From contig CAWBOS010000010.1 of assembly GCA_963790475.1 (NCBI GenBank), positions 96,001-160,000 on the forward strand: 64,000 bases of DNA, given 5' to 3'. This stretch comes from an uncultured delta proteobacterium (GTDB lineage: Bacteria; Desulfobacterota; RBG-13-43-22). This document shows positions 9,708 through 21,285 of the stretch, piece after piece (the first letter of the stretch is position 1; every line of letters begins with the position of its first letter). The notes beneath the pieces were generated by a model. The model searched no databases, was not told the DNA's origin, and worked only from the letters and a program-made list of their open reading frames with translations. Made by a program: the position numbers and the translations under genes.

Positions 9708-10775
9708 ATGGATGATCAACTAACGTTATCCCAATTCGATTTTATATTGTCTCCTGATTTGATAGCTCAGGAGCCTTGTCAGGAGAGAGACCGTTCCCGG
9801 CTTATGATCCTGGATCGAAAGACCGGAAATCGGGAGCACCTTCGCTTCCACCGGCTTATCGAATATTTGTCTCCAGGGGATGTGCTGGTGGTCAACGATA
9901 CCCAGGTGATTCCGGCCCGTTTGGAAGGGAAGAAAAAGAGCGGGGGGCGGGTGGAATGTCTGATTTTAAATTATCCGACGCAACCAGTCAGGGAAACCTA
10001 TGTCACCCCTTGTCTGCTCAAAGTCGGTGGGAAAATCCGGCCAGGCGATCAAATCCATTTTGGTGAAAGTCTGCAAGGGGAGATACTTCCTCCACCTCCA
10101 AACGGAAAAGCCCTGGTTCGATTCCGTTTCGAAGGATGGTTCGATTCCGTTTTAAAAAAAATTGGCCGGGTTCCCCTGCCGCCTTACATTCACCGGGACG
10201 TTCATGATGCCGATCTCTGGGAACAGGACCGGAATCGCTACCAAACCGTGTATGCCCGGCATCCCGGGGCGGTGGCAGCCCCTACAGCCGGACTTCACTT
10301 TTCTCCGGATTTGATAGCGGCTATTAAAGACAAAGGGGTTTTTATCAGCCCGATTACTTTACATGTAGGTTACGGCACTTTCGCCCCGATAAAAGCGGAA
10401 AGGATCTCGGAGCATAAGATGCACTCTGAAGCGTATAGGGTTTCGGCTCAAACCGCCGAGGAGATTCGGGAACAAAAACAACGGGGGGGGCGGATTATCG
10501 CCGTGGGAACCACCAGTGCCCGGGTCTTGGAACACCAAGCCCTGAAATATGGATCAATCAAGGCCGAAGAAGGGGAGTGCGATCTTTTTATTACCCCGGG
10601 TTTCTCTTTTCAAGCGATTGACGGATTGATCACCAACTTCCATCTGCCAAGGACCACTTTGCTATTGCTGGTTTCCGCCTTTGCCGGTAGTGAAAAGATT
10701 CAGAAGGCCTACCGGGAAGCCATCGAGCGGAAATACCGTTTTTATAGTTATGGGGATGCGATGTTGATTCTTTAG
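9708..10775 (+). CDS. queA: SAM:tRNA ribosyltransferase-isomerase
   Basis: VNDTQVIPAR, PLPPYI, YQTVYA, AAPTAGLHF, TNFHLP, YRFYSYGDAM. Confidence 0.97.
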   Translation: MDDQLTLSQFDFILSPDLIAQEPCQERDRSRLMILDRKTGNREHLRFHRLIEYLSPGDVLVVNDTQVIPARLEGKKKSGGRVECLILNYPTQPVRETYVTPCLLKVGGKIRPGDQIHFGESLQGEILPPPPNGKALVRFRFEGWFDSVLKKIGRVPLPPYIHRDVHDADLWEQDRNRYQTVYARHPGAVAAPTAGLHFSPDLIAAIKDKGVFISPITLHVGYGTFAPIKAERISEHKMHSEAYRVSAQTAEEIREQKQRGGRIIAVGTTSARVLEHQALKYGSIKAEEGECDLFITPGFSFQAIDGLITNFHLPRTTLLLLVSAFAGSEKIQKAYREAIERKYRFYSYGDAMLIL

Positions 10776-10785
10776 GAAAAGACGG

Positions 10786-12050
<1,265 letters not shown>

Positions 12051-12055
12051 CGTTT

Positions 12056-12415
12056 ATGTTTCCATTCACCGCCGTTGCCGAGGCCATGGGACTTCCCGGA
12101 GGAGGATCCGGAGGTTCCGGAGCAGGGGGATATGCAGGATTGATCCCCCTGGTATTGATGTTTGTGATTTTCTATTTTCTATTGATCCGGCCCCAACAAA
12201 AAAAGTCCAAACAACACCGGGAATTATTGAGCAATTTGAAGCGTGGTGATTCGGTCATCACCTCCGGAGGGATCTACGGCCGGATCGCTGAAATTAACGA
12301 GAATATTATTGTCCTGGAAGTGGCTGATAGGGTTCGCGTCAAGGTGGCCAGAGGTTTCGTCTCCGGCCTGGCCGGGCCCGGGCAAGAAGCCCCTCAGCCC
12401 ACGAAACCGGCCTGA
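12056..12415 (+). CDS. yajC: Preprotein translocase subunit YajC
   Basis: FYFLLIRPQQKK, GDSVITSGGIYG; follows tgt. Confidence 0.95.
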   Translation: MFPFTAVAEAMGLPGGGSGGSGAGGYAGLIPLVLMFVIFYFLLIRPQQKKSKQHRELLSNLKRGDSVITSGGIYGRIAEINENIIVLEVADRVRVKVARGFVSGLAGPGQEAPQPTKPA

Positions 12416-12422
12416 GGAATAT

Positions 12423-12524
12423 AGGTCTTCTGGTCCGTTTGGTCTCTTTAGTCTGTTTGGTCGTTTTGTTTTTTTGACCGAGAAGACTAAAGAGACCGAA
12501 TAGACTAAATAGACTAAACGACTA
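12423..12524. repeat. Intergenic nonamer tandem-repeat element with complementary arms
   Basis: Left GGTCTTCT GGTCCGTTT GGTCTCTTT AGTCTGTTT GGTC; right GACCGAGAA GACTAAAGA GACCGAATA GACTAAATA GACTAAAC. Confidence 0.75.
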
Positions 12525-12525
12525 T

Positions 12526-13423
12526 ATGGATCGCAAATCCCTTTATCCCTGGCTGGCTTTAAACGGGATCGCCGGATTGGGCAAGGTCGGTTTCGCTCGC
12601 CTTATAGAGAGATATGGGTCTCCGATTTATATTAAAAGGGGTCCCTTATTCAGGATGGCCGATCCTTGACGGTAGTTGGTTCCCGGAAGCGTCCCATTAC
12701 GGGATCAAGATGACCGAACGGTTGGCCTGGGGGCTGTCTCAAAAAGGATTGACTATTGTCAGCGGCATGGCCCGCGGTATTGATGCCGCCGCTCATCAGG
12801 GGGCCTTGATGGCCCAGGGCCGGACCGTGGCTGTGCTTGGTTCCGGTCTGGATGTTGTTTATCCGCAGGAAAACAAGAAGCTCTTTGATCGAATCGTTAA
12901 ATTGGGCCTGGTCTATTCTGAATTTCCTTTAGGGACTCTTCCTGAGCGCCAGAATTTTCCGGTCCGGAACCGGATAATCAGCGGTATGTCCCTGGGCGTG
13001 GTCATCGTTGAAGCTACGCAGCGCAGCGGTTCTTTGATTACCGCCCGACTGGCTTTGGATCAGGGACGGGAGGTCTTTGCCGTTCCCGGAAGCGTGGAAT
13101 CATTTAAAAGTTCCGGAACCCACAGCCTGATCAAACAAGGGGCCAAATTGGTAGAACATGCCCAAGATGTTCTGGAAGAACTTCATTGGGAGGAATCCCA
13201 ACAGATTGAACGGGGGCCGAAAACTGAGGTCACAAAAAGAAGACCTTCTCTTTCTCCACAGGAAGAACAAATTTGGGACCTGCTGTCCAACGGGTCGATT
13301 CACGTGGATCAGATGGTCCGGCAAGCCGGGATAGGCATATCCCCGATGTTGTCTTTACTCTTGGAGATGGAACTGAAGGGGCTTATCAAACAATTACCGG
13401 GTAAATATTTTACCAGGACATAA
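12526..13423 (+). pseudogene. dprA: DNA-processing protein DprA, disrupted near its 5' end
   Basis: ATG12526 MDRKSLYPWLALNGIAGLG..IERYGSP; TVVGSR lies in a second frame; core IVSGMARGID, FPVRNRIISG, SGSLITA, GREVFAVPG in a third. Confidence 0.85.
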
Positions 13424-13454
13424 ATAAAGCGCACGCAGGAGCTGACTAACCCCT

Positions 13455-15893
13455 ATGGAAAAATCGTTGTTGATTGTTGAGTCGCCTACCAAGGTTCGAA
13501 CCATTAAAAAATATTTGGGGTCCGGGTTTGAGGTCAAAGCCTCCCTGGGACATATTAAAGATTTACCCACAAAACTGCTGGGGGTGGATGTAGAAAATCA
13601 ATTCAAACCGGAATTTCAGATTATTTCCGGAAAAGACAAGATCCTGAAAGAATTGAAACAGGCGGCTAAAAAAATCCGTCATATCTACCTGGCCCCGGAC
13701 CCGGACCGCGAAGGGGAGGCCATCGCCTGGCATCTGGCTGAAGAGCTGGCCGGCAAGGATAAGGAATTTCATCGGGTTCTCTTTCATGAATTATCACCCA
13801 GAGCGATTCAGGAAGCCCTGGCCCACCCGGAAAAGTTGAATGAGCCGCGCTTTCAATCGCAACTGGCCCGCCGCATCCTGGATCGGCTGGTAGGTTACCA
13901 GATTTCTCCTCTCCTCTGGGACAAGGTCAAAAGAGGTCTAAGTGCCGGCCGGGTGCAGTCCGTGGCCGTTCGTTTCATCTGCGACCGGGAACGGGAAATC
14001 CAGGCCTTTGTTTCCAAAGAATACTGGTCGATCGCCGCCTCACTTCAGGCCGACCTTCCCCCTGACTTTGAAGCCAGACTGATTAAAGGACAGGGGAAGG
14101 CCATCAAGATCGTCAGTGAAGAGCAGGCCAAGGCGATTACCGACCGTTTATCACACGAATCCTTCCAGGTAATCAGTATTGAAAAGAAGGAGCGTAAACG
14201 CAATGCCCTGCCTCCTTTTACCACCAGTCAATTACAGCAGGAGGCTTTTCGGAAGCTGCGTTTTCCGGCCAAAAAGACCATGTTTCTGGCCCAGAAACTT
14301 TACGAAGGGGTAGAGGTGGGGGATGAAGGATTGGTTGGTTTGATTACCTATATGCGAACTGATTCCACCCGGGTCTCCCAAGAGGCCCTGGCTGCCGTTC
14401 GCCATTATATCCAAAGCCAGTTTGGAGCGGAATACGTACCTGGCAAACCCCATTTCTATACCAATAAAAAATCAGCCCAGGATGCCCATGAGGCCATTCG
14501 TCCTACTTCCATGAATTTATCTCCGGATAACCTGTCGCGTTTTCTGGAGAATGATTTACTGGCCCTCTATCGCCTGATCTGGAATCGGTTTGTGGCCAGC
14601 CAGATGAAGGCCGCCCTGTTTGATCAAACCACGGTGGACATCAAGGCCGGGGAATATCTACTGCGGGCTTCGGGCTCGGTCTTACGCTTTCCCGGTTTTA
14701 CGGCTGTCTATGAAGTGGGAAAAGATATTGTTTCTTCGGAGGAGGAAGAGGAAGAGAAAAAAGGGCAACTCCCCATTCTTCGGGTTCATCAAAAATTGAC
14801 TTTGCTTCAGATCATTCCCAAGCAGCACTTTACTCAGCCACCGCCCCGTTATACCGAAGCAACCCTGGTCAAGGAGTTGGAGGAAAAAGGGATCGGCCGC
14901 CCCAGTACCTATGCCGCCATCATCTCCACCATTCAGGATAAAGATTATGTCAAGAAGGAAAAATATTTTTTCTTTCCCACCGAGCTGGGTTTTCTGGTCA
15001 ATGATCTCCTGGTAAAAAATTTCCCCGATATCCTGGATGTCCAGTTTACCGCCCTGATGGAAAACAACTTGGATCAGATCGAAGAGGGTAAGCAGGAATG
15101 GACCAAGGTTCTGGGGGATTTTTATCTGCCTTTTTCCAAGGATCTGGACCGGGCCCGGACGGAAATGAAACAGGTGCGGGGCAAGGGCGTAAAGACAGAT
15201 ATCGTCTGCCCGACCTGCGGAAAACCCATGACCATCCGCATCGGGAAAAACGGTCCTTTTCTGGCCTGTTCCGGCTATCCGACCTGCAAGCAAACGCAAA
15301 ATTTTGTACGGGATGAGAAAGGAAATATAAAACCGGTGACGGTAGAAACCCCTCAATCGGACCCCTCGGGAAAAGAATGTCCCCAATGCGGCAAGCCCAT
15401 GGTGGTGCGCAATGGGCGGTTTGGATCTTTTTGGGCCTGTTCCGGTTATCCGGATTGCAAACAAACCCAGCCGATTTCCTCGGAAGGGCAACCGGCCGAG
15501 GAGACTGCCCCGAAGGTGGTCAGCGACCAGGTCTGCCCCAAATGTGGAGGCCCAATGGTTGAGAAAAAAAACCGTTATGGAGGGACATTCCTGGCCTGTG
15601 AAAAATACCCGAAGTGCAAAGGGGCCTTGCCGGTGACCACGGAGTTTCCCTGCCCGAGCCCCGGATGTTCTGGGATGCTGGTTTCCCGGGTGGCACGCAA
15701 AAAAGGCTTGAAGTTCCTGGGTTGCAGCCGTTATCCTGAATGCAAGACCATGATCTGGGGAAAACCGGTCAAAGAAACCTGCCCACAATGCCAGGCCCCT
15801 TTCTTAGTGGAAAAGACGACTAAAAAAGAGGGGACGGTCTGGTCCTGTGCCAACAAGGAATGCGGGTATCAGGTGGGGAAGAGGGATGAGTAG
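13455..15893 (+). CDS. topA: DNA topoisomerase I with five C-terminal Zn ribbons
   Basis: IVESPTK, DPDREGE, SAGRVQS, ITYMRTDS, AHEAIRPT, GIGRPSTY. Confidence 0.98.
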   Translation: MEKSLLIVESPTKVRTIKKYLGSGFEVKASLGHIKDLPTKLLGVDVENQFKPEFQIISGKDKILKELKQAAKKIRHIYLAPDPDREGEAIAWHLAEELAGKDKEFHRVLFHELSPRAIQEALAHPEKLNEPRFQSQLARRILDRLVGYQISPLLWDKVKRGLSAGRVQSVAVRFICDREREIQAFVSKEYWSIAASLQADLPPDFEARLIKGQGKAIKIVSEEQAKAITDRLSHESFQVISIEKKERKRNALPPFTTSQLQQEAFRKLRFPAKKTMFLAQKLYEGVEVGDEGLVGLITYMRTDSTRVSQEALAAVRHYIQSQFGAEYVPGKPHFYTNKKSAQDAHEAIRPTSMNLSPDNLSRFLENDLLALYRLIWNRFVASQMKAALFDQTTVDIKAGEYLLRASGSVLRFPGFTAVYEVGKDIVSSEEEEEEKKGQLPILRVHQKLTLLQIIPKQHFTQPPPRYTEATLVKELEEKGIGRPSTYAAIISTIQDKDYVKKEKYFFFPTELGFLVNDLLVKNFPDILDVQFTALMENNLDQIEEGKQEWTKVLGDFYLPFSKDLDRARTEMKQVRGKGVKTDIVCPTCGKPMTIRIGKNGPFLACSGYPTCKQTQNFVRDEKGNIKPVTVETPQSDPSGKECPQCGKPMVVRNGRFGSFWACSGYPDCKQTQPISSEGQPAEETAPKVVSDQVCPKCGGPMVEKKNRYGGTFLACEKYPKCKGALPVTTEFPCPSPGCSGMLVSRVARKKGLKFLGCSRYPECKTMIWGKPVKETCPQCQAPFLVEKTTKKEGTVWSCANKECGYQVGKRDE

Positions 15894-15901
15894 AGATGAA
15901 C

Positions 15902-16276
15902 CTATAGAAACCGTTCAACCGGAACCGCGAATATAGCGCTGAGTTTCTTGGCCAACTCTTTACTGATACTTCGCTTACTATGTTCGATATCGGAAATTTT
16001 TTGGCGGGAATATTTCCCCAATTTCCTGCCTAACTCTATCTGGGTTAGACCCCAATTTTCTCGATAGATTCTGACCGTGTCGCCGGGAGTTGTTGCAGCT
16101 TTGATTCCCCGATACCAGTCGGTTTCAACTATTTTGATCCGCTCTTCATCCTCTTCAACTAATTCGATATTCTTGCCATAGGTCTGGTGCAGATACTTAA
16201 TTATCTTTGGTGGGATGTTCCCTTTTACTTCGAACAGGGGAAGATTAGTACGGGGCTTTTTCACGACTGCCAGCAT
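15902..16276 (-). CDS. XRE-HTH antitoxin (HigA-like)
   Basis: C-terminal HTH YRENWGLTQIELG..SRQKISDIEHSKRSISK; overlaps the upstream small toxin-like gene. Confidence 0.75.
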   Translation of the reverse strand: MLAVVKKPRTNLPLFEVKGNIPPKIIKYLHQTYGKNIELVEEDEERIKIVETDWYRGIKAATTPGDTVRIYRENWGLTQIELGRKLGKYSRQKISDIEHSKRSISKELAKKLSAIFAVPVERFL

Positions 16277-16508
16277 AATACACCTCAATAAAAGTTGGTT
16301 TTTGATACCGCCAACAGGCTACCCAGGATATCCCTAAATGGCAGTGATACTCGATCTTGCTGAGTTTACTATAATTTTTCCATGTTGGTTGTTCAGGACC
16401 TTTGTTTGCGAGATCTTGGATCAAGAGAACCAGATTCTTCTGCACCCACAACGGAAGCTTTGGGAACTCTTTGAGTACTTTTCTCTTGACGATGACCTCA
16501 TATTTCAT
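16245..16508 (-). CDS. RelE/HigB-like toxin
   Basis: 87 aa, basic; NYSKL..YHCHL..WVACW..IEVYYAGSRE; toxin-first order with an HTH partner. Confidence 0.7.
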   Translation of the reverse strand: MKYEVIVKRKVLKEFPKLPLWVQKNLVLLIQDLANKGPEQPTWKNYSKLSKIEYHCHLGISWVACWRYQKPTFIEVYYAGSREKAPY

Positions 16509-16517
16509 GGGAATTCA

Positions 16518-16546
16518 ATTGTCCCCTTATTTGGGGTACATGTCAA
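16518..16546 (-). promoter_or_regulatory. sigma70 promoter with palindromic operator for the TA operon
   Basis: TTGACA-17nt-GACAAT; spacer holds TGTACCCC-AAATAA-GGGGACA; ATG begins 10 nt past the -10 box. Confidence 0.7.
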
Positions 16547-16809
16547 GAAGATATTTTCTCTTGAGAGGATTTTTTGTTTGAGATAAGTATTCGATACTTT
16601 ACAAAATTTCAAACCTTAGTCTTCCGGCTGTGCCTATAGGTTTTGGTATTATAAACGCATAACCCTTATCTCTCAAGACACAAGTATTAGTGAGGGCTTC
16701 ATGATCAAAAATCGAATGGCCCCACTGTTGCAAAACCAACCCACCAGCCAGCCGGTTTATACCCTTTCAAAGATAGACTCTCCAATTCGGAAAGGCTTGA
16801 ATTCTTCTT

Positions 16810-18282
16810 ATGCCTTCAACTTCGGTCTCGGTGGATCAACGCTATTCGCACCGCGCAGCAAGGTATTATTCACGCCAGGCCCGTGTTGAACGCCTGATTG
16901 CCACAGCCAGACTTGCTCTTTCGGTTTGTTTCCTCGTGGCCTTATATCTGGACCCTTCAGAGCCGGCCATCTATGCCTCTATAACCTTCTCAATACTGGT
17001 CGGCTACCTCCTTTACGCGGTCATTTTAGCCGCGGCAGCCTGGGGCCTTGGAGAGCAAGGAAGAGAGTTTCGCTTGATCACTCACGACTTCGATCTGATG
17101 ATCTTCGCGGCCATCATGTTTTTGACACAGGGATCCACCAGTCCTTTTTTTGTCTTCTTCATTTTCTCCCTGCTGTGCGCCGCCATTCGCTGGCAATGGA
17201 AAGGAACCTTGTGGACGATTATCATCGCTTTGACGGCGGTCATCGGAATGGTCTTTTATCCGACCTATTTCCTGGCTGACCCGGAATTCGAGACGAACCG
17301 TTTCATTATCCGGGTGGTTTATCTCGCTGTCATGGGGGGTCTCTTCGGCTATGTGACCGTCCATGTTCAGAATTTGCATCGGGATCTCTCCCAATGGCGA
17401 CCTGGCCCAACACCGATGCAACCGATGTGGCCGACTTTCATCGGAAAGTGCTGGAACATGCCGCCGTCATCTTCGACTCAACCCGCCTGGTTTTGGCCTG
17501 GGAGGATGAAGAGGAACCTTTGCTTCACCTTGCTTCCTGGGCCGGCAGCACCTTTCAATACACCCGGGAATCGCTGACATTATTCGGAACCCTGGTGGCC
17601 GAGCCTTTGACCCGCATCAGTTTCTTCTGCTTTGACGCATAAGACCCAAAGGCTTCGGTGGTGTGCGATTTCCCGTCAGGATTGGGAAAATGGGAAGGCT
17701 TGCCTTGGACAAAAAGTTGCAGGAGCGCTTCACTATCAAAGCTGTTCTGGCCTTAAAGCCAAAGAGCGCCTGATGGAAGTGCAGCGGCAGATTGCGGCCG
17801 AGGGGCGGGATCTGCGCTTCCAGATCCAGGACTTGAAACCTCACTATTCGGGACTTTCGAAGAAAGAAGCGCTTCTCCTCGAACGCCTTACGGCCCTGGC
17901 CGAACAAATCAATCGTCAATGGAGTCTTTCAGGCGGAAATAGAATGGAAGCTTCAGGAGAAAGATGTTCCGCAAGCCGAGGCGCAGCAGATTTATTTTAT
18001 TGTTCATGAATCGATGATCAATGCCGCCCGTCATGCGAGAGCCTCCCGGGTGCGGGCCGAACTGGCCGTCAAAGCCGGCTGCCTATACATTACGGTGGCC
18101 GACGACGGCCGCGGCTTTCCCTTTCAGGGCGTTATGATCATGCCGCCTTAAAGGAAATGAATATCGGGCCCGGAACGTTGAGAGAAAGGATTGAATCCCT
18201 ATTTGGGTCCCTGACCATAGACTCAAGCAATACAGGCGCCCGTCTGGAGATAACCCTGCCTCTCCAAGAGAAAGGTGCTTAG
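16810..18282 (+). pseudogene. Membrane sensor histidine kinase (NarX/LiaS-like), frameshifted and internally deleted
   Basis: TM sensor domain; frame breaks near 17390 and 17640; HATPase motifs ESMINAARHA, VADDGRGF in other frames; no H-box found. Confidence 0.75.
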
Positions 18283-18918
18283 TGCCTATACGTCTCATCA
18301 CCGCCGACGATCACCCGCTCATTCTCGACAGCCTGGATAGCCTTTTCCAACTGGAAAAAGATTTTCAGGTGGTGGCCCGTTGCCAAGATGGGATGGAAAC
18401 TTTGCGGGCGGTTCGAATTCAGCAGGCGGATATCCTGATCCTGGATATACGTATGCCGGGCAAGAATGGCCTGGAGGTCCTGCGGGAGATGCATGAGGAA
18501 CACATTCCCAGAAAAGTTGTTCTCCTGACGGGTGAGCTGGACGACGAGGAATTGATTGAGGCCATGCATCTCGGCGTCCAAGGCATTATACTTGAAGAGA
18601 TGGCACCCCTAGCTTCTGATCCAGTGCATTCAAGGTTCACGGCGGGCACCAGTGGTTGGAGCATCGATCGACCAGACGGGCCCTGGAGAAAATACTTAGG
18701 CGGGAGGCCGGGACCCGAGAGATAGCGGGTCTTTTGACGGCCCGTGAAATCGACACGGCCCGCCTGGTAGCCCAGGGACTTCACAATCAGGAGATCGAGG
18801 AAAAGCTTTTTATCAGCGAGGTACGGTCAAGACCCACCTGCACAACATTTTTGAAAAGCTGAAAGTGAACGGCCGCCCGGCTCTCGTGCGATATATGCAA
18901 GAGAAGGGGTTGGTGTAA
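18282..18918 (+). pseudogene. NarL/LuxR response regulator, frameshifted
   Basis: ADDHPL, LDIRMPGKNGLE; LTAREI..VAQGLHNQEI..LFISE and TVKTHLHNIFEKL in shifted frames. Confidence 0.85.
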
Positions 18919-18931
18919 AGGGGGGAAGAAA

Positions 18932-19005
18932 AGGGTTCGAGGGGTCCAGGATTCAAGGGTTCTAGGGAAATGCTTAGAAATTACAAAGAGCTGAAGGCTT
19001 GGTAA
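18932..19005 (+). pseudogene. Octamer repeat arm fused to the N-terminal remnant of a four-helix-bundle (IVS-protein family) gene
   Basis: GGGTTCGA GGGGTCCA GGATTCAA GGGTTCTA GGGAA then ATG18970 MLRNYKELKAW*; resembles the family start (..Y.EL.VWQK) from recall. Confidence 0.6.
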
Positions 19006-19100
19006 GGACGAAAAGGAACAAAGAGATTGACAAATATCGACCATTCATTTAAACTAAATAAACTAAGTTCATTAGACTAACTTCTTGATCGGGGTAGGCT

Positions 19101-19349
19101 ATGGAAACAGTGAATATTCATGAAGCGAAGACGCACCTTTCCCGTCTGGTTGAAGAGGCCGCGCAAGGGAAATCCTTTATTATTGCCAAAGCTGGAAAGC
19201 CGATGGTTAAGGTTTTGCCGTTGTCCGCAGAGGATGGGAAGGCTGCTGAAAAGCTCGGATTTATGGCGGGGGAGATTTCAACACCGGACGATTTTGATAC
19301 TCTTGGGGCTACGGAGATTATGGAACTTATTGAGGGCAGGCCGGCGTGA
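19101..19349 (+). CDS. Phd/YefM antitoxin
   Basis: VNIHEAKTHLSRLVE..IIAKAGKP. Confidence 0.93.
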   Translation: METVNIHEAKTHLSRLVEEAAQGKSFIIAKAGKPMVKVLPLSAEDGKAAEKLGFMAGEISTPDDFDTLGATEIMELIEGRPA

Positions 19350-19732
19350 AACTGCTGCTCGATACACACATCCTCTTATGGGCGGCGGGGGAGCCTGAAA
19401 AACTATCGGCATCAGCCCGCTCCCTTCTGACGACATCGGAAAACATTCTGTTTTTTAGTGCGGCCAGCCTTTGGGAGATTGTTATCAAGCTGGGACTTGG
19501 ACGAGAAGATTTTAAGATTGATCCTTATCGTTTGAGAAAGATGCTCTTAGCGCATGGATATACAGAACTCGTTGTAACCACTGAACATGCCTTGAAAGTT
19601 CATTCGCTGCCGTTTCTTCATAAGGACCCTTTTGACCGGCTGTTGATTGCCCAAGCCCGTACGGAAGGGATGCTGTTGCTCACCGGTGATTCTTCCGTTT
19701 CCCAATATCAAGAATCAGTATTGGCTGTGTGA
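19346..19732 (+). CDS. vapC: VapC PIN-domain toxin
   Basis: LLLDTHILLW, SAASLWEI, HKDPFDRLLIAQA; GTGA overlap with the antitoxin. Confidence 0.93.
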   Translation: MKLLLDTHILLWAAGEPEKLSASARSLLTTSENILFFSAASLWEIVIKLGLGREDFKIDPYRLRKMLLAHGYTELVVTTEHALKVHSLPFLHKDPFDRLLIAQARTEGMLLLTGDSSVSQYQESVLAV

Positions 19733-19825
19733 TATAAATAAATAGGGATAGCTGAAGCTTTATAAGAACTTGCAGGACCATTCAAAAAATGATTTATTCC
19801 GCATTTCTTTTTCTTCAATTCCGCC

Positions 19826-20641
19826 TCAATGGCCTGCTGGAAAGCCTCCAGGCTTCGTTGGTTGGCCACTTTCCCGTTTAGGAAGACCGTTCGGGGTAGC
19901 TCTCACGCTCGCCTCCGCCGCAATGTTCAGTGCCCTGTCAATCTTGGAAGCCGTAGCCTGGTCTTTTAAATCCTGATGGAACTGTTCCATGTTTAAACCG
20001 ATCTCGCCGGCAATGGCCTCCATCCGGGTCTCATTAAGCTCCCTATAATGCTCGAACAGTTTTTGGTGCATCTCCCAGAACTTCCCCTGATTGGCCGCCG
20101 CCAGGGCGCTGGCGGCTGCCTTTCTGACGAAACTGTGGTTAGGGAGGGGAAAGTTTATGATCACCAGCTTGACTTCTTTCGGATATTTCTCCAGCACCTG
20201 CCGGAGGAGGGGCTCAAGCCCCGCACAATAAGGTCACTGGTAATCGTCGAAAACCACCAGGGTCACGGGCGCGTTTTCAGGCCCTTTGAAAGGGTGCCCG
20301 GTCACATCGATTTTATAGATCATCTCGAAAGTAAGGATTTGAAGCGCCTTTTTCGTGCTGCTTGAGATTATAACCCCATTCCCCCCGGCCAGCGGAGCGA
20401 TCCGGTCGAACCCCTTGTCCACCGAGACATTCCCGACGATCTTCCCGTCCTTAAAGGAGTAAACCAGGACCTCTCCAGGGGTCAGGACGAATAAACGCTG
20501 TCCGTCGGTTGAGGTGGCCACGTCAAGCGGGGTTGCCTTCAGATCAACGGGGTTGAAAATCCGCCACTCCATATCGGCCTGAGCCCGTGGGGCGATACAA
20601 ATTGATCCAGCCATGAAAAAGAGGATCAAAATAATTTTCAT
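19826..20641 (-). CDS. Exported DsbA/thioredoxin-fold selenoprotein (UPYC) with a C-terminal frameshift
   Basis: Signal peptide; KGPENAPVTLVVFDDYQ-TGA(20234-20236)-PYC in frame with the 19826..20197 ORF; an extra base at ~19891 breaks TPTVFLNGK. Confidence 0.85.
20209..20222 (-). promoter_or_regulatory. Putative bacterial SECIS hairpin
   Basis: GGGGC-UUGA-GCCCC separated from the UGA by 11 nt. Confidence 0.6.
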
Positions 20642-21285
20642 GGGGTCAAATCTTTCAAATTGACAATTTCTTTTCAATCCGGTCCACTTCCTTTCTTAAG
20701 GCTTGGTCTTTTTCCATTCGCAAAGCCGATCTTTTCCTGGTTTGACTTACGGGTAATTTGGTAAAACGCTCAAGGGTATTCAAGTCTTAAAGGTCGGGAC
20801 ATAAATTACTCATAATATTCCCTGGGTCATTTGTCAATTTGAAAGAATTGACCGCGGCTACTACCTCGATCCCCTTCGTCTAAGTCGGAATAATGGGTCA
20901 ATTTGATCGGAAACATACAGATAGACTAAGCATATAATAAATGATAAAATATCAACTTAAAAAAAAGAAATAAATGTACCAGCGCCCGTTTGCAAGCCTC
21001 AAGTCAAGAATTAGAGCAAAAGGAGCAATGGCTATGAACGACAAAGAACTCTTAAGCTCACATATTTTAAAAACTGAATCACTCCGTATAAATGCCGCCT
21101 CCTTTCATTTTTCATCCTTCCTCATATCCGGTGCTTCTCGGGATCTCGGAATTCCTCAGTTTAAAAGATGCCTTCTATAATTTAGCTATTTCATCATTCA
21201 GGACCCGGCTGCGCTAAGCTGCTCCAAAGACAGCGGGCCATCCTCTGAAAGTCCTTTTCTTTCCCAAAGAGCTTTTCCGCCCCAC

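Noticed and set aside
20833-20852. Palindrome GTCAATT-N6-AATTGAC upstream of the Sec-DsbA gene
   Set aside because: Plausible operator but no cognate regulator or second full copy; too weak to call
20974-21180. 68-aa ORF in an AT-rich region
   Set aside because: No recognisable motif; probably spurious
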